Below the pieces are notes generated by a model. It was not told the DNA's origin. It did not search any database and saw only the letters and a program-made list of their open reading frames with translations. Position numbers and translations under genes: made by a program. From an uncultured Verrucomicrobiae bacterium (lineage in GTDB: Bacteria > Verrucomicrobiota > Verrucomicrobiia > Chthoniobacterales > UBA10450): a DNA stretch of 64,000 nucleotides. The stretch is taken from assembly GCA_963834385.1 (NCBI GenBank), contig CAWIBO010000002.1, forward strand, positions 352,001 through 416,000. Direction: 5' to 3'. Positions 9,748 through 21,000 of the stretch are shown here, one piece after another; position 1 is the stretch's first letter; each line of letters starts with the position of its first letter.

Positions 9748-11473
9748 ATGGACAGGAAAGCCTGGATTGTCGTTACCCTTTGTGTCCTCGGCCTGGTCGG
9801 CTGGCAGTTCCACATGATGCGGCAATTGCCGCCCGCGCCGGTGGCTGTTCCGGCCAGCCCGGCCCCCACGGGTGCACCGACCACCGCCCCGGCCACGCCG
9901 GCCCCGCAAGATCGCAGCCGCGCCCGCGCCCAGCCCGGTCGAGGTCGAGGAAAAGTTCGAGGAGAAATTCGAGGTCCTGCGCAACGAGGACATGGAGCTG
10001 CGCCTGACCAACCGGGGCGGCGGCATCAGTGAGGTGGTACTGCCCAATCATCGCGCGGAAAATGGCGGGCCGGTGGTCCTGAACGCCGTGGGCGACATCC
10101 CGATCGGCGCCATCCTGGCGCAGCCGGGCAGCCCGCAGTTGCCGGAGTTTACCGCCGTGCGGCCGGGCGAGGGCAGCGTGGTCTACGAACGGAAGAACGC
10201 CGCCGGGCTGAAGGTGACCAAACGCTTTTCGCTGCCACCGCCGACGGGCAAGGACAATTTCATTGCCACCATGGAGGTGGAATTCCGCAACGAAGGGGGC
10301 ACACCGCAGGTCGATCCCGGCTATTTTATCGCTCTCGGCTCGGCACGGCCCGGGCACAAGAACGATTACCCCACTTACACCCGGGTGACCTGGACCATTG
10401 AAGGTTCGCCCGAGCACACCGACGTCACCTGGTTTGATCCCGCGACCTATCCGCTGGTGGGGATCGAGCGGCGCCCGGCCCGCGACGTTTTCGAGACGAC
10501 TTTTGCGCAGGCCGACTGGGCCGCGGTAAGCAACCAGTTCTTTGTCACCCTGGTCACGCCGCAGAACGCGAAGCTGACCGGAATCTGGGCGCGGCGTTTT
10601 GATCTGCCCGCCGCCGACGGGAACGCGCCCGCGCACGGCATCCAGGCCGCCATGCGGATGGCGGGGTTCACCCTGGCGCCCGGGCAGGCCAGCACCGTGA
10701 GCGTGCAGATTTACGCCGGGCCGAAGCTCTACAACCGCCTGGCCCAGCTGAAGAGCGACGAGGCCGAGATCATGGACTTCGGCATCTTCAAACTCTTCAG
10801 CCAGGCGCTGCTGAACCTGATGAACCTGCTGCACGGGTGGGTCGGCAACTACGCCATCGCGATCCTGCTCCTCACCACCATCGTCAAGGCCGTCCTCTGG
10901 CCCCTGCAAAACAAGGCCAACCGTTCCATGCGCCGCATGGCCGCGCTCGCTCCCAAAATGCAGGAGCTGAAAGAGAAGCATAAGGACGATCCCACCCGGA
11001 TGAACCAGGAGGTGATGAAGCTCTATAAGGATTACGGGATCAACCCCGTGGCGGGGTGCCTCCCCATGCTGATTCAGCTTCCGATTTTCTTCGGCCTCTT
11101 CACCATGCTGCGCCAGGCGGTGGAGCTGCGGAACGCCAGTTTCCTCTGGGTCGGCGACCTTTCCCAGCCGGACACCGTCGGTTACCTCCCGGTCCTGGGC
11201 TGGCCGATCAACATCCTGCCGCTCCTCATGGCCCTGACCAACGTCTGGATGTTCCAGGTCACGCCCAAGACGGGGGATAAGACCCAGCAGCGCATCATGA
11301 TGTTCATGCCGGTGATCTTCGTCATTTTCTGCTATAACTTTGCCTCGGCGCTGTCATTGTATTACACCGCGCAGAACCTGTTGACGATTCTGCAGCTGTA
11401 CCAGAATAGAAACCAGCCGATGCCCACGCTGGAAAAGGTGGTGCCGGCCGGCAAACAGAAACGGAAACGATGA
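9748..11473 (+). CDS. yidC: Membrane protein insertase YidC; frameshift near 9900 (likely artefact)
   Basis: N-terminal TM MDRKAW in one frame; rest has YAGPK, LWPL, INPVAGCLP, FLWVGDLSQPD. Confidence 0.95.
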
Positions 11474-11961
11474 CCCCGAAGGAACTGCTCGACACCATGC
11501 TCGGTTACCTCGGTTTCGTGGTCGAAATCGAGGAAACGCAGAACGAGGCTGGCAACATCGTGCTCCAGATTTATACCGAGGAAAGCCGGCGGGTCATCGG
11601 GCGCGACGGTGAGACGCTGGAAGCCATCCAGTTTCTCCTCAACCGTGTTTTGCAGACCAAGGACAAGGACGCGCCCAAGGTGGTGGTCGATTGCGAGCAT
11701 TACCGCTCCATGCGCGAGGACCGCATCATCCAACGGGTGCGCGAGCTGGCTGAGCGGGTCCGGGCCACCGGGCGGTCCCTCCAGCTCGAACCGATGAATT
11801 CCTACGAGCGCCGCATCGTCCACAACGCCTTCAAGGACGATCCCGACGTCGCCACCTGGAGCCCAAACGATTCCGCCCGGATCAAGCAGATCACGCTGAT
11901 GAAGCGGAAAGGTGCGGCGGAGACCGCCCCGGCCCCCGACACCGCCAGCAACGCCTCATAG
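11470..11961 (+). CDS. jag: Jag/KhpB RNA-binding protein (KH + R3H)
   Basis: IGRDGETLEAIQ; LEPMNSYERRIVH; follows yidC. Confidence 0.92.
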   Translation: MTPKELLDTMLGYLGFVVEIEETQNEAGNIVLQIYTEESRRVIGRDGETLEAIQFLLNRVLQTKDKDAPKVVVDCEHYRSMREDRIIQRVRELAERVRATGRSLQLEPMNSYERRIVHNAFKDDPDVATWSPNDSARIKQITLMKRKGAAETAPAPDTASNAS

Positions 11962-12055
11962 CGCGGTCCCCGCGCCAATTTTTCGGACACTTTCCCTCGC
12001 GCTCTTGCGGGAGGGAATATTTTCCTGCCGGCGAACGGCGTGAGCTGGCGGACGC

Positions 12056-12237
12056 GCTTCGAACCAGGAGGAACGGCCCGAGACTCAATAGCCCACCCGG
12101 TTGCTCAACCCTCGCCGTTCACGGCAATGATAATATTCGCCAAACCAGGAGAGCAGCCTTTATTCACTAGATCTGAGTGTGGGTGTCGGAGATTGGGCGT
12201 CCCAAGGAGCACGGGCCACAGGAACTCGGACTGAAGC
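12056..12237 (-). ncRNA. Candidate structured non-coding RNA (~180 nt; 6S-like size, family unassigned)
   Basis: Nested complementary segments, lower GC than flanking CDS, minus-strand TATGCT -10 box at 12240-12235. Strand uncertain. Confidence 0.45.
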
Positions 12238-12313
12238 ATAGGGGGTCAATTTCAAGGGCGATCATCTCCCGGTTGTAATTTCCTCCGGCGATCTATCATC
12301 TGCGGCAGAGCCC

Positions 12314-12360
12314 GGACATGCGAAGCATGTCCCTCCGGAGGGACGCGCTTCCGCGCGTCC
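12314..12360. repeat. REP doublet (GGAG-foot), copy 1
   Basis: GGACATGC-GAA-GCATGTCC-CTCC|GGAG-GGACGCGC-TTCC-GCGCGTCC; matches the copies flanking the RAYT and at 52731. Confidence 0.9.
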
Positions 12361-12451
12361 AAAGCGTTGCCCGATCAAGGGTCCCGCTCTGGCTGAGGCG
12401 CTTCCCTGGAGGCAATCCGGGTTCCGCGACGGCAGTAGGCGCGGAAAAGTG

Positions 12452-13453
12452 TCAACTCTCGCCGAATCGAAAGAGCACTTTGCCCTCGCGCTCTCCCTGC
12501 GCCGCATGGGCCACGGCTGTGTGTGCCTCCGTCAGCGGATAACTCCGGGCCACCGCCACCCGTAGCTTCCCCTTCCGAGCCAGGGCAAAAAGGGGCGCGA
12601 ACGTCTCCTCCCGCTGCGCGGGCGTCGCCCGGTCGTACCATTGGTTTACCCAAAAACCGGTCAGGATCAGGTTTTTGAAAATCAGAAGGCCGTTCGGGAT
12701 TTTCAACGGCTGCAAGCTCATGGCGCCGAAGGTCACCAGCGTCGCCTTGGGCGCGAGACAGTTCGCGAGGCGGAGCGCGCTGTCGCCGCCCACCGCGTTC
12801 AAGCCCAGCCGGACCGGCTCGCCCCCGGTCGCGCTTTTGACCTCGTCCCGCAGCGTTTCGCTGTCGACCAGGACGACGTCGGCGCCCAGGGCCTCGAGTT
12901 CCGCCTTCACCTCCGCGCGGCGGACAACGTTGATCGTCCGGAACCCGCGGTCTTTGGCAATCTGGATGACGGCCTGGCCGGCGCCGGAGTTGGCGGCATT
13001 CTGGATCAGCCAATCGCCCGGGCGCAGCTCCACGAAGTCGTGCAACATCCGCCAGGCGGTGATCGGGTTGATCTTGAGCATGGCGGCCTGTTCCACCTCG
13101 ATCTCGGAAGGCACAGCCACGAGATCGTGGGCGGGCACCGCGAGGGCTTCCCGCCAGGTGCCGATGTTGTGGGGAAGAATCACGCGGGTCCCCGGAGCGA
13201 GGCCTTCGACCCCGCGCCCGGTCTCACGGACCACCCCGCAACCCTCGAAGCCCGGGGTGGCGGGCAGCTCGGGCCGCACGGGATACTTGCCCTCGATGGC
13301 GTTCAGGTCGGCCGGGTTGATCGGCGCCGCTTCCATTTCGACCACCGCCTCGCCGGGACCGGGCTCCGGCCATGGTCGCGTTTCCACCTCGAGGACCTCG
13401 GATGGTTTTCCGTGCGTTTTGTAAACGGCGGCGCGAATATCTCTGTTCCCCAT
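12452..13453 (-). CDS. MDR-family 2-enoyl thioester reductase (MECR/ETR-like)
   Basis: AAPINPADL..IEGKY, GFEGCG, INPITAWRML, IQNAANSGAG, LNAVGG. Confidence 0.9.
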   Translation of the reverse strand: MGNRDIRAAVYKTHGKPSEVLEVETRPWPEPGPGEAVVEMEAAPINPADLNAIEGKYPVRPELPATPGFEGCGVVRETGRGVEGLAPGTRVILPHNIGTWREALAVPAHDLVAVPSEIEVEQAAMLKINPITAWRMLHDFVELRPGDWLIQNAANSGAGQAVIQIAKDRGFRTINVVRRAEVKAELEALGADVVLVDSETLRDEVKSATGGEPVRLGLNAVGGDSALRLANCLAPKATLVTFGAMSLQPLKIPNGLLIFKNLILTGFWVNQWYDRATPAQREETFAPLFALARKGKLRVAVARSYPLTEAHTAVAHAAQGEREGKVLFRFGES

Positions 13454-14401
13454 GGAGAGCCAGCCTACAGCGCAGGGAACCGCGGGCAATCTGCAAACCG
13501 GCGCGCGCTTTGCCCTGCTTGGCCTCGGCATCAACGTCATCCTCGCCGCCGGCAAGATCATCGCCGGCGTGGTCGGCAATTCCTATGCGCTGATCGCCGA
13601 CGGGATCGAGTCGGTGCTCGACGTCAGCGGATCCATCGTCATCTGGCTCGGTCTCAAGGTGGCGGCGCGGCCGCCGGATGAGACCCATCCCTACGGGCAC
13701 GGCAAAGCCGAACCGATTGCCTCCGCCGTCGTGGCGGCCGGTGTCCTCGGGGCGGCCATCGCGCTGGCCACGCAGAGCGTCGAGGAGATCGTGCATCCGC
13801 AGGGGCCACCCGCTCCGTTCACCCTCCTGGTCCTGGTGGTGATCGTCGTGATCAAGGAAATGCTCTATCGCGGCGTTATTCGCGTCGGGCGCGCCTTCAA
13901 CAGCCTCGCTCTGCAGACCGACGCCGTGCATCACCGGCTGGACGCGGTCACTTCGGTGGCGGCTTTCATCGGCATCTCCATTGCCCTCCTCGGCGGCCCT
14001 GGCTGGGAAGCGGCGGACGATTGGGCCGCGCTCTTCGCCTGCGGGTTGATTGCCTTCAATGGGTTTCGTCTGCTAGCCCCGGCGCTGCAGGAGATCATGG
14101 ACACGGCGCCCCGGGGTGAACTCCCCCGGCTGATCGCGACGGCGGCCCACGGTGTTCCCGGCGTTCTTTCCCTCGAAAAATGTCTCGTGCGCAAAATGGG
14201 CGTCTATTTTTATGTCGATCTGCACATCGCCGTGGCGGAGGAGATCACCGTGCGGGAGGGACACGAGATCGCCCATGCCGTGACCGACGCCATTCAGCGA
14301 CGGACCCGCGCATCGCCGACGTCCTGGTGCACGTCGAGCCGGCTGATGCGCTTATTTCGCCAGACCCGGCGCCTCCACCAGCGTCAGGAGCGCGCCCGTA
14401 A
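13452..14401 (+). CDS. Cation diffusion facilitator (FieF-like) transporter; frameshift near 14297
   Basis: SYALIADGIES, HPYGHGKAE, DAVHHRLD, YVDLHI; C-terminal DVLVHVEP in a shifted frame. Confidence 0.9.
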
Positions 14402-15026
14402 GTTTGCGGCGAACCGCCGCGATGCGGCTTCCAAACCGAACCAGCCGCGGGATGGATGTTGGGTGACGCAGAAGATGGGCGAGGAGACGTCCCGGTTCGG
14501 TGCGCTGGCGCGCGATGGAGAAGAGCACCGACGGCGGTGCCGGGAACGGCTCGGCCGGCGTGTCGCTGATGGCGCGCAGGGAGAGCAGCGGAAGATCGCG
14601 AGCCTGACAAAGCCGCGCGATCACGGCGGTTTCCATATCCACCGCGGAAGCGCCGGTGCTGAGGGCGAGCTGTTGCCGCTCGTCCGCGCCGGAGACGATC
14701 AATTCGGCGGTGTGCAATTTCCCCACGGCAACTTCGGCGGAGGAAAGCGCGCGGGCCGCGGCGGCGAGAAGAAAGGAATCGGAAAAATTCTCCGCCAGGA
14801 GAAGGTGTCCCACCGGAAGCCACGAGTCGAGCGCACCGGCAAAGCCGGCACTGATGACAGCGTGCACCTCCCGGCCCTCCAAACCCTGACCGAAACGCGC
14901 TTCCGTGGCGGCTGCGCCGACGCCGGTGTGAAGAATGAAAACGCGTTCCCGCAGCGAAGGGGAAGCGGCGACAATCCGGGAAAAATCACGGCTCTCGGAT
15001 GAAAGCGCAAAGCAGACGGCAATCAT
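14352..15026 (-). CDS. Nucleoside phosphorylase-like protein (PNP_UDP_1; MtnN/HpnG-like)
   Basis: TGVG, ISAGFAGAL, AVDMETA, LRAISD. Confidence 0.8.
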   Translation of the reverse strand: MIAVCFALSSESRDFSRIVAASPSLRERVFILHTGVGAAATEARFGQGLEGREVHAVISAGFAGALDSWLPVGHLLLAENFSDSFLLAAAARALSSAEVAVGKLHTAELIVSGADERQQLALSTGASAVDMETAVIARLCQARDLPLLSLRAISDTPAEPFPAPPSVLFSIARQRTEPGRLLAHLLRHPTSIPRLVRFGSRIAAVRRKLTGALLTLVEAPGLAK

Positions 15027-15066
15027 CGTCGGGCGGGCAGAAATCCCGGAGAGCGAGGCCGGCCGG

Positions 15067-15786
15067 TTACGGGGCTGCCGGCTTTGCGGCCGGGTCCTGC
15101 AGGCGAACCTGGAGGATTTTCTTCGCTGCCGTCCCAGCCGGGGGCGCGGGCGGCTTCGGTCCCGGGTCGGGTCCGCCCAGCGGCACCAGGCGCAACTGGA
15201 ACTCGTGGATAAAATCAGGCGGAATATCGGCGAGGACGGAAAAGCCCCTGTCGTCGGCGAGCGCCTTGGCCGCAGAACCACCCAGCTCGTTTGCAGCCGT
15301 CATGATCTTCGCGGCAATTTCCTCGTGGCGCGCCTGCGGCGCCTCGATTGTGATGTCGGAAGCCTCGAAAGTGGGAGGGGGGAGAGCGGTCGCGGCCGTG
15401 TTCTGGATGGACCGGGCAAGTTGCTCGCGGATGGCGGCCTCTTTTTGCGGGGCATCCACCTGCTTCTTCTGGCGCACGGCGATGAACCAGACGCCCACGG
15501 CGACATTCACGAAAACGAGCGCAATGAACCAGATGCCGAACTTTGCGCTAAGCAAAGCGCCCCGGCGCGCCTCCTCCGTGTTCTCAGGCTGGTTGACCTG
15601 CGCGGGCGCCACCACTTCGCGCACGTCGCGGTCCGGCTTTTTCTGCCGCGCGGCGTGGAGCTCGCGCGCGGCGGCCAGTTCGCGCTGCAGGACGGTGTTG
15701 GCCTCGAGGCGATCGTCCAGCTCCTTCTTTTCCGCCTCGGGCAGCTTGCCCTCGAGGTAATCGAACCATTTCTCCGGAGAAATCAT
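15067..15786 (-). CDS. Hypothetical single-pass membrane protein with anti-sigma-like N-terminus
   Basis: DYLEGKL..E...L..RL helix pattern plus one TM segment. Confidence 0.55.
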   Translation of the reverse strand: MISPEKWFDYLEGKLPEAEKKELDDRLEANTVLQRELAAARELHAARQKKPDRDVREVVAPAQVNQPENTEEARRGALLSAKFGIWFIALVFVNVAVGVWFIAVRQKKQVDAPQKEAAIREQLARSIQNTAATALPPPTFEASDITIEAPQARHEEIAAKIMTAANELGGSAAKALADDRGFSVLADIPPDFIHEFQLRLVPLGGPDPGPKPPAPPAGTAAKKILQVRLQDPAAKPAAP

Positions 15787-15864
15787 CAGGGAAATCGTCA
15801 CGCGGGACGCATTTCGAAGCAATCGCTAAGTGCAGTTTTTCGGCGGCCGGGCGGCAGGCCATCT

Positions 15865-16278
15865 TCACCCGTCGGTTGGGGTGTCCCAATTGAATTTTTT
15901 CACGCGCCCATTCTCGCCAAAGATCAAAACTCCGGTCCGGACGATGGTCGGCTTGAAGTTGAAAGGAATGAACGATTTTCCGATCACTTCTCCCATGTTC
16001 AGAAGATACACCCAGGTCTCGCCCTCTTCGCTCATCGTCTTCCGCTTAGGGGGACCATAACGGGCGAGCGCCTCGGCCTTCGTCATTCCCACCCTTGGCG
16101 GGACCTCCGCTTCGGGGTTCGACATCTTCCCCACCTTGGGGCGAGGGGTTGGTGAAGTCTTTGGCTTCGCTTTTATGGGGCTCGCAGATCTGGCGGGGAG
16201 AGATTGCTGCGCGGTCGCGGTTCCGATTGAGCCGCAGAAGAGGGCGGCGACGATCAGGGAAACGAAGGCTGTTTTCAT
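15865..16278 (-). CDS. Secreted SmpA/BamE-like domain protein
   Basis: Signal peptide; GMTKAEALARYGPP ... ETWVY ... LIFGENGRV. Confidence 0.65.
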   Translation of the reverse strand: MKTAFVSLIVAALFCGSIGTATAQQSLPARSASPIKAKPKTSPTPRPKVGKMSNPEAEVPPRVGMTKAEALARYGPPKRKTMSEEGETWVYLLNMGEVIGKSFIPFNFKPTIVRTGVLIFGENGRVKKFNWDTPTDG

Positions 16279-16307
16279 AGTCTGTGTTTTGTGTAAAGCC
16301 CGCGCCT

Positions 16308-16673
16308 TCATCGCTCCTTTCCCTGCCAGGGCCACCGGCCGGTCAGCTCGAGTTCCATGGTGAAGCTGAGGAAGGTCCGGATCACGACAATGATCGCGAG
16401 GACGCTGACCGTCTTGAAGGTCAGCTCGACCGCGACGGTGTGGATGATATCGGCCGCGACGAGGAACTCCAGTCCGAGAAGAATGCCGCGACCAAGGCGT
16501 TGCCGGAGCAGCTGGTAAACCGCGTCATTGTCGCGCCGGCGGAGGAAGCCGGCGCCCGCTGCCACCAGCGCCGTGAAGGCGACGAGAGCGATGAGGCAAA
16601 TGCCGACGATCTCGAGACTGGCGGCACAAAGCTCCGCCACCGGTTTCACCGCCCCAAGGAAACTCTCAATCAT
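16308..16673 (-). CDS. DUF1622 membrane protein
   Basis: LGRGILLGLEFLVAADII, IRTFLSF. Confidence 0.88.
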   Translation of the reverse strand: MIESFLGAVKPVAELCAASLEIVGICLIALVAFTALVAAGAGFLRRRDNDAVYQLLRQRLGRGILLGLEFLVAADIIHTVAVELTFKTVSVLAIIVVIRTFLSFTMELELTGRWPWQGKER

Positions 16674-17949
16674 CACTACCTCCCAGGCTGATCTCGCCAT
16701 CTTCTTCGCCCGCTGGCGACGGTTTTGCCAGGCGCCAGCGCAGAATGAGATAGCCGAAAACGCCGGACACCAGCGTCCCGAGCAGAACCCCGAGGCGTTC
16801 CAGGCCGAAGTAGGAAGCGTCGCGGCCCTGCGCAAAGGCGAGCGAGGCGATGAACAGACTCATGGTGAACCCGATCCCGCAAAGAAGGGAGGTGCCGTAA
16901 AGTTTGCCCCACCCGACTCCTTCCGGCAGCGCGGCCAGGCGCAGACGCGTGGCCAGCCAGGAGAAACCCATGATCCCGATCTGTTTCCCGAGAAAGAGAC
17001 CGGCGACAATGCCGAGCGGCACCGGGTGCATAATGTCATTCAAGGAAAAGCCGGCGAGCGAGACGCCCGCGTTGGCGAAAGCGAAGACGGGCAGGACGCC
17101 GAAGGCAACCCATGGATGCAGGGTGTGCTCGAGGTTGGCCAGGACCGATTTCGCCCCAGGCTCGCCTTCAGGACCGCTCGCGCCCCGGATCGGGATGAAC
17201 ATGGCCAGGACGACGCCGGCGAGGGTGGCATGCACTCCCGACTTGAGCACCGCCACCCAGAGCGGGATGCCGAGAAGGATATAGGCGGCGGGCCGCTGCA
17301 CGTTCAGCGCGTTCAGGAGGGCGAGACCGGCGAGGAAGAAGCCGGCGAAGCTGAGGCTCATGGTGGAAAGATCGCCCGTGTAAAAAATGGCGATGACGGC
17401 AATGGCGCCGAGGTCGTCAAAGATCGCCACGCTCAGAAGGAAGGCTTTCAAGGCCGTCGGCACCCGTTTCCCCAGCAGAATCAAAACACCGAGGGCAAAG
17501 GCGATATCGGTCGCGGTCGGGATGGCCCATCCGCGCATGGCGCTGGCGTTGCCCCAGTTGAGCGCGGCGTAAATGCCCGCGGGCGCGACCATCCCGCCGA
17601 TGGCGGCGAAGGCCGGCAGACTGGCCCGGCGCAGGCTGGAGAGATGGCCCTGGAGCATCTCGCGTTTCAGTTCCATCCCGACGAGGAAAAAGAAGACCGC
17701 CATGAGCCCGTCGTTGATCCAAAGCAGAAGCGGCTTCGCGAGGCTGAAGGTGCCCACCCGGATCTCAAAGGGGAGGTTGAGCAGCGCTTCGTAAGTCGCG
17801 GCGACGGGCGAGTTGGCCACCACCATGGCCACCGCCGCCGCCGCCATGAGCGTCAGTCCGCCCGCCGCTTCCAGGCGCAAGAAGGCCTGAAGCGGGCGCA
17901 AGAGCCGGTCGATGGATCCGGAGGCTTTCTCTGCCAGGGTGGAGACCAT
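16666..17949 (-). CDS. nhaA: Na+/H+ antiporter NhaA
   Basis: WINDGLMAVFF, GWAIPTATDIAF, AIFDDLGAI, LCGIGFTMSLFI. Confidence 0.97.
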   Translation of the reverse strand: MVSTLAEKASGSIDRLLRPLQAFLRLEAAGGLTLMAAAAVAMVVANSPVAATYEALLNLPFEIRVGTFSLAKPLLLWINDGLMAVFFFLVGMELKREMLQGHLSSLRRASLPAFAAIGGMVAPAGIYAALNWGNASAMRGWAIPTATDIAFALGVLILLGKRVPTALKAFLLSVAIFDDLGAIAVIAIFYTGDLSTMSLSFAGFFLAGLALLNALNVQRPAAYILLGIPLWVAVLKSGVHATLAGVVLAMFIPIRGASGPEGEPGAKSVLANLEHTLHPWVAFGVLPVFAFANAGVSLAGFSLNDIMHPVPLGIVAGLFLGKQIGIMGFSWLATRLRLAALPEGVGWGKLYGTSLLCGIGFTMSLFIASLAFAQGRDASYFGLERLGVLLGTLVSGVFGYLILRWRLAKPSPAGEEDGEISLGGSDD

Positions 17950-18077
17950 GGTGGGAGACTCTCACCAAACGGCAAACGCGCCAAGGCCCGACGCGTTCGA
18001 TTTTCCCGGGGAAAACGGCGGGTTTTACGAGGGGGCGACGGTTGCGCTTTGGAGGCTCGGCCCTACTCTGTCTGGAC

Positions 18078-21000
18078 GTGCAGGATGAAATCCCGGCAAA
18101 AAAGACGCGGCGATGGTGGCATTGGGCCGGCTGGGCCCTGCTCGCCCTCCTTTTGCTTGCCGCCATCCTGCACCGGCCGCTCCTGCAAACGGTGGCTCGC
18201 CGGGTCCTGATCTCGGTCGCCGAGAAACAGAACCTCAAGGTCCAATTCCGGCTCGAAGGATCGATGCTGGGCGATGTCACCTTGCGCAACGTCCGCGCCA
18301 CCGCCACCGGCCCGTCCGCGGTCCAGATGCTCGAGGCCGGAATGCTCCGGGTGGATTACAGCCTTTGGGGCTTCGCCACCGAGGGGATGTCCGGCCTGCT
18401 CCAGACCATCGAGGCCCGCGACGTCACCGCGGTGCTCGACCCGGCCAAGGCGCCGCCTTCTCCCGAGCTGAAGAAAAAGGAGGAGACCAAGTTCAGCCTG
18501 CCCGCCGTTTTCCCGCGCCGGTTGCTCCTCTCCGATGTGAGCCTGCGCCTGAAGGCGGACCCGCACGATTTCATCCTGGGCAATCTTTTTCTCGATCTCC
18601 ACCCGCGTCAGCCGGGCGAATTGCGGGTGGCCCTGCTCCAGCTCGCCAACGGCAAAAGCTGGCAGAACGTCACGGCCACGACTTCCTACGAGAACCGCAA
18701 TCTCGTCCTGCGAAACCTCGTTCTCGACGACGGCACCCGCCTCGACCTCGTCAATCTGGACGCGTCGCGCGTCGATGAAGGGAAGCTCGATGTGAAGTTC
18801 GACGGCCTCGTCGGCGGCGGAAGGGTCGGCGGGAGCATTGCCCTGGGCGAGAAAGGCGGTGGCGCCGAGACCACGGTCGATTTCAACGTGCAAAACACTT
18901 CGTTGGCGCAGGTCGGGCGTTCCTTCGGCCGGGAAGACACGGGCGTGGCCGGCGAAGTGGACCGTCTTTCCGTGAAAGGCCGCGGCCGGATTGATCGGCC
19001 GGAGACCTGGTCGGGTGCCATTGCGGGAGAAATTCGAAACCTGGAGGTGGCGGGCGCAACCTTTGACCGTGCCGTGGTTGACCTCAGCGCGGCGGATGGC
19101 CAGGCCAGCATCTCGAACGTGACCCTGAGCCAGGGGAGCAACAATCTCATCCTGCAGGGCAGCGCGGAACTTCCGGAGAAGCTCTCCGGGTTCGGACGGG
19201 CGCCGGCGAACATCCAGCTTCGCGGCGTTCTGCCTGATCTGGGCGAAGTGACCGCGAGGCTGCCGCAGCCAGTGACGGGCAGCGCCGAGATCAACGGCCA
19301 GGTAAAGGTCGAGGACGAAACGCTGCGCGTGGATGTGGTGGTGGCCGGCGGACCGATTGATTTCGGGGAGGGCTCGGTGCAACGGCTGCTCTTAAAGGTG
19401 GAAGCGGCCCGCAAAATGCCGCAGCCCGGGGCGGAGGAACCGTATTACACCAACCTCACCTCCGAGATCAGCGTTGACGCGACCGGGTTGCGCGCCCGCG
19501 CCTATGCGGTCGATTCGGTCGAAGGCCGGATCAGGAGTCGCGGCGAGAATGTCTCGGTCGAGCAGCTTCTGGCCGTGCGCGGGGCGAACCGGGTGACGCT
19601 TGCGGGCACCTACGTTCTTCCCCGGGATTTCGCCCGGGCCGCCTCACAGCCGGGCACGATCGATCTTGCCGTGAGCGCGCCGAGTCTCGGCGAGTTCTGG
19701 GTGGACGATTCGCCGGACCGGGTCACGGGTGCGATCGATGCGCGGGTGGCGGCAGATTTCCGCGAAGGCCTGGGCGACGGCTATTTCAATCTCCTGGGTT
19801 CAAACCTGGAGATGCGGAAGCTGACGATCGAACAGTTCACCGCGCAGGGAACGACCGGGGCCGGGACCCTTTACCTGAACGACCTGACCGCGCGTTTGCA
19901 CGAGCAGGGCTACATCATTGCCTCGGGCCAGGTGAAGGCGGAGAAGCCGTTTCCCTACGAGGGCCGTCTGCTGGTTGATGTGGATGATCTTTCCCGCTTC
20001 GAGCCGGTGCTGCGCGCGCTGGGGAACAAGGCGGAGTTGGCCGGTGCGCTTGAGATCAACTGGGCGGGGAAGGGGATCGGGGCGAAGTTTGAGGACAGCG
20101 GCGAGCTGAAGCTCGAACTCGAGGGAGGGCGCTACGGCGATCTCCGCAACCTGAAAGCGAAGATCGAGGCGGCCTACACTCCCGAAGCGTTGAACGTGCC
20201 GATCATCTTTGCCTCGAGCGACGAGATGATGTTCCAGGCCTCCATGGCCACGCGCGACAATGCCCTCGAGCTCTCGGAGGCGCAGGTTTACCAGGGCGAG
20301 TCGAAATATGCCGTCGGCTACGCCTCGGTCCCCCTCGTCTGGCAGAACATCGGCACGGATCGGCCGCTCCTGCGCGACGACGGCGACGTCTCCATTTCCT
20401 TCCAGTCGGAGAACCTCGACATCGAAAAGCTTTTCCAGGATTTCGGGAAGGAGGCGCCGGTGAAGGGCGCCGCCACGATCGTGCTCGAGGCGAGCGGCCC
20501 GCTCTCGGATCTCCGGGCCTCGCTTGATCTCAAGTTTGCCGGGCTGCGCTCGGAACAATACGACGATCTTCAGCCGGCCACCTTCGACATCCAGGCGCGG
20601 CTCGAGGACAACCAGCTGGCGGTCGATGGCAAACTGGTGCAGGCGCGCATCGAGCCGGTGACGCTGGAGGCGCGGCTGCCGATGAACGTGGCCGAGACCA
20701 TTCAACGGCGCAGCCTGCCCGACAACATCCCGCTGTCGGCGAGCGTAAAGATGCCGCGCAGTTCCATGAACTTCGTCCGCCAGTTCGTCCCGGCTCTTCA
20801 GCGCGTGGATGGCGACATGGCCTTCAATCTCGATGTCACCGGCACCGTTCGGAACCCGACCCTGCGCGGATCGGCCGAGATGCACATCAACGTCGCGCGC
20901 ATGGCCAACGCCACCCTTCCTTCCGTCTCGAATTTTGATGCGCGCCTTGTTTTCGACGGGGACACCCTCACCTTCCAGACCTTCAAGGGCGAGCTGGCCG

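Noticed and set aside
12123..12170. tmRNA tag-like frame GNDNIRQTRRAAFIH*
   Set aside because: No tRNA-like ends or paired T-arm, and the peptide does not end in the usual AA-stop.
12040..12234. 64-aa ORF over the RNA candidate
   Set aside because: No recognisable domain, no RBS, and codon usage unlike neighbouring genes.
12040..12255. RNase P RNA or SRP RNA resemblance (GAGGAA..CCGAG, GAACTCGG, AGCAGCC)
   Set aside because: Too short for RNase P RNA and the core motifs deviate (no GAGGAAAGTCC; no CAGG-GNRA SRP loop). Only cmscan could settle it.
13452..15002. 516-aa CDF fusion protein
   Set aside because: The extension results from the frameshift near 14297; the true C-terminus is in another frame.
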